Shown: positions 34,820 through 36,415 of the stretch, in pieces | How positions within the stretch are numbered: the first letter of the stretch is position 1 | Layout of the letters: every line of letters begins with the position of its first letter | Source of the DNA: Armatimonadota bacterium | GTDB lineage: Bacteria > Armatimonadota > UBA10988 | Reading direction: 5' to 3' | Length of the DNA stretch: 36,415 bases | NCBI GenBank assembly: GCA_016235455.1 | Contig: JACRKZ010000125.1 | Span: forward strand, 1 to 36,415 | Program-made: the position numbers and the translations under genes | The notes under the pieces: generated by a model | What the model was told of the DNA's origin: nothing | Seen by the model: only the letters and a program-made list of their open reading frames with translations | The model's database searches: none

Positions 34820-36142
34820 TCACACCTCCACGCTACGGCCTTTCCAGCCACGCTCGTACAAGCTCACGTCGGCCTTCGAGGCCACCGCGTCGATGTCGAT
34901 CTGGTCGAGATTGGCGAACACCTTGCGCGTGGCCTCGACGATCAGCTCCGCCACGTGGTCGGTGTTCGGCCGGCGCAGGCCGTTGAAGATGAAGTAGGTG
35001 GCTGAGTGGTACAGCGCGGCCGGGTAATCGGCGGCGCGGTAGGTCACCTCGGAGCCGGACTCGCGCCACGGGCTGCCGTGGCCATAGGCGTTCTTGGCGG
35101 CGATGGCGGCCATTTCGGGCAGGATGCGCCGTTGCCACATGCCGGCCGGCACGCCTTCGGCGCTCAGTGCCTGCACCACGGCCTCGCGCAGCCAGTTGGG
35201 CGGGCCGCTGTAGCCGACGGCTTCGGAGTCCACATGGCACACGAAGTTGTAGGCGTTCTCGCGGCCGAACTCGGGCTCCTGGGGCAGAATGAGCCCCGGC
35301 ACATCGGCCAGACCCGCGCGGAGGATGCCGAACAGATGCCGCGCATGCGCGATGCCGTCGTCGAGTTGAGTCAACTGCGCTCGCGCCCAGGCCGCCGACA
35401 GCTCGTTGTAGCGGTACTGCCAGGCCAGTCCATAGCCGGGGTAGCCGCCCCGGTCGGGCTCGGGCGCGCGGAAGTCACCGAACAGCACCAGACTGCGCGC
35501 GCGCTCCAGGGCGGCCTCGTCGTCGGTCACCAGCAGCCCGCCTTCGCCCGCCGAGAACATCTTGTTCTGGTTGAGGCTGAAGGCGCCGAGGTGTCCGACC
35601 GTGCCGACCTTCCGGCCGCCGTAGGTCGCGCCATGGGCCTGGCAGCAGTCCTCGATCACCTGCAGCCCGTGGCGCTCTGCGATGGCCATGATCTCGGTCA
35701 TCTGGGCCGGCACGCCGTGCAGGTGGACCACCAGGATGGCCTTGGTCTTCGGCGTGATCGCTGCCTCTATCTTGGCCGGATCGAGGTTGGCCCAGGTCGG
35801 CTCGATATCGACAAACACGGGGATGGCGTTGTGGTGGATGATGCACGAGGCCGATGAGGTCCAGGAGTAGGCCGGGGTGATGACTTCGTCGCCCGCGGCC
35901 ACGCCGGCGCCGGCCAGGCACAGGTGCAGCGCCGAGGTGCCGCTGCTGACGACCAGGCAGTGCCGGTTGCCGTTCCACTGCGCGAACTCGCGCTGCAAGC
36001 CCTCGCAGTGCTCGCCCCACGTATGGACACCGCTGCGCAGGCTCTGCAGCACCATCTCCTCGTCGCGCGCGGTGATGGGCGGACTGGGCAGAATGGTGCC
36101 CGCGGGCATCGTAGGCTCGGCTCCGTTCAGGGCCAACTTCAT
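34820..36142 (-). CDS. DegT/DnrJ/EryC1/StrS family PLP-dependent aminotransferase
   Basis: ATG at 36142 (MKLALNGAEP). SSGTSALH, GDEVITPAYSW, PVFVDI, VVHLHG, IEDCCQAHG and PLP-Lys motif FSLNQNKMFSAGEGG. 440 aa. Confidence 0.95.
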   Translation of the reverse strand: MKLALNGAEPTMPAGTILPSPPITARDEEMVLQSLRSGVHTWGEHCEGLQREFAQWNGNRHCLVVSSGTSALHLCLAGAGVAAGDEVITPAYSWTSSASCIIHHNAIPVFVDIEPTWANLDPAKIEAAITPKTKAILVVHLHGVPAQMTEIMAIAERHGLQVIEDCCQAHGATYGGRKVGTVGHLGAFSLNQNKMFSAGEGGLLVTDDEAALERARSLVLFGDFRAPEPDRGGYPGYGLAWQYRYNELSAAWARAQLTQLDDGIAHARHLFGILRAGLADVPGLILPQEPEFGRENAYNFVCHVDSEAVGYSGPPNWLREAVVQALSAEGVPAGMWQRRILPEMAAIAAKNAYGHGSPWRESGSEVTYRAADYPAALYHSATYFIFNGLRRPNTDHVAELIVEATRKVFANLDQIDIDAVASKADVSLYERGWKGRSVEV

Positions 36143-36234
36143 CTTGCTCTCCCGGTCGGTTGCTGGGAGACCGCGTTCGCCGAGGGCGTGAGGACTCCTT
36201 GGCGCTGATCGCGGGGTTGCGCCGAGCCGCCGTC

Positions 36235-36414
36235 CTACGCCCCAGCGGCCGATCCGGGTGCCGGCGCGGCCCGCGCGGCGCGGGCTTGCCGGACCAGTTT
36301 GACGATCTCCAGCGCCAGCAGGGGGATCGAGCCGGCCGCAAGCAGCCCGAGGCAATCGGCGAATGGCATCGGCGATGTCCGCAGGAAGCTGCCCAGAGTC
36401 GCGTTGTGCTGGCT
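36235..36414 (-). CDS. C-terminal end of a probable cation-transporting P-type ATPase (partial; starts beyond the window)
   Basis: Manual translation: SQHNATLGSFLRTSPMPFADCLGLLAAGSIPLLALEIVKLVRQARAARAAPAPGSAAGA-stop (TAG at 36237-36235). The last TM helix ending in E-x-x-K is typical of P2-type (Ca2+) ATPase C-termini. Not in the ORF track. Confidence 0.65.
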   Translation of the reverse strand, partial: SQHNATLGSFLRTSPMPFADCLGLLAAGSIPLLALEIVKLVRQARAARAAPAPGSAAGA

Positions 36415-36415
36415 C

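Noticed and set aside
36143-36415. Long 5' leader or riboswitch, or a 71-aa N-terminal extension of the aminotransferase
   Set aside because: 36235-36414 is better explained as the end of an upstream membrane-protein CDS. No riboswitch consensus was recognised in the remaining ~90 nt.

Overview
High-GC (roughly 70% by eye), gene-dense bacterial window. Its gene content suggests an Armatimonadota- or PVC-type glycan degrader; this is inference, as no marker gene is present. There are about 20 real CDSs, and most of the long six-frame ORFs are antisense shadows. From left to right: (1) a truncated lipoprotein with a 20-Gly linker, on the minus strand and absent from the ORF track; (2) a Cache-domain chemoreceptor ending at a perfect 16-bp hairpin; (3) a minus-strand cluster of YbaK-family deacylase, beta-helix protein, GH38-like hydrolase, giant LamG protein and OsmC, with an inverted GTAG-REP doublet (REPIN-like) in one intergenic gap; (4) a ~15.7-kb plus-strand run of an unknown exported protein, a 2H phosphoesterase, a glycyl radical enzyme with no activase nearby (Cys loop CGGCME), a DUF4424-like/propeller protein, a 2xLamG/beta-helix/PKD protein, a triheme HzsA-related protein and a metzincin; (5) a minus-strand block of an exported WD40-Ig-caspase, a DUF4352-like protein, a small helical protein, a ceramidase-like hydrolase coupled to a DegT aminotransferase, and the C-terminus of a P-type ATPase. 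I saw no rRNA, tRNA, CRISPR array, transposase or integrase. All family calls are motif recognition by eye, not database searches.
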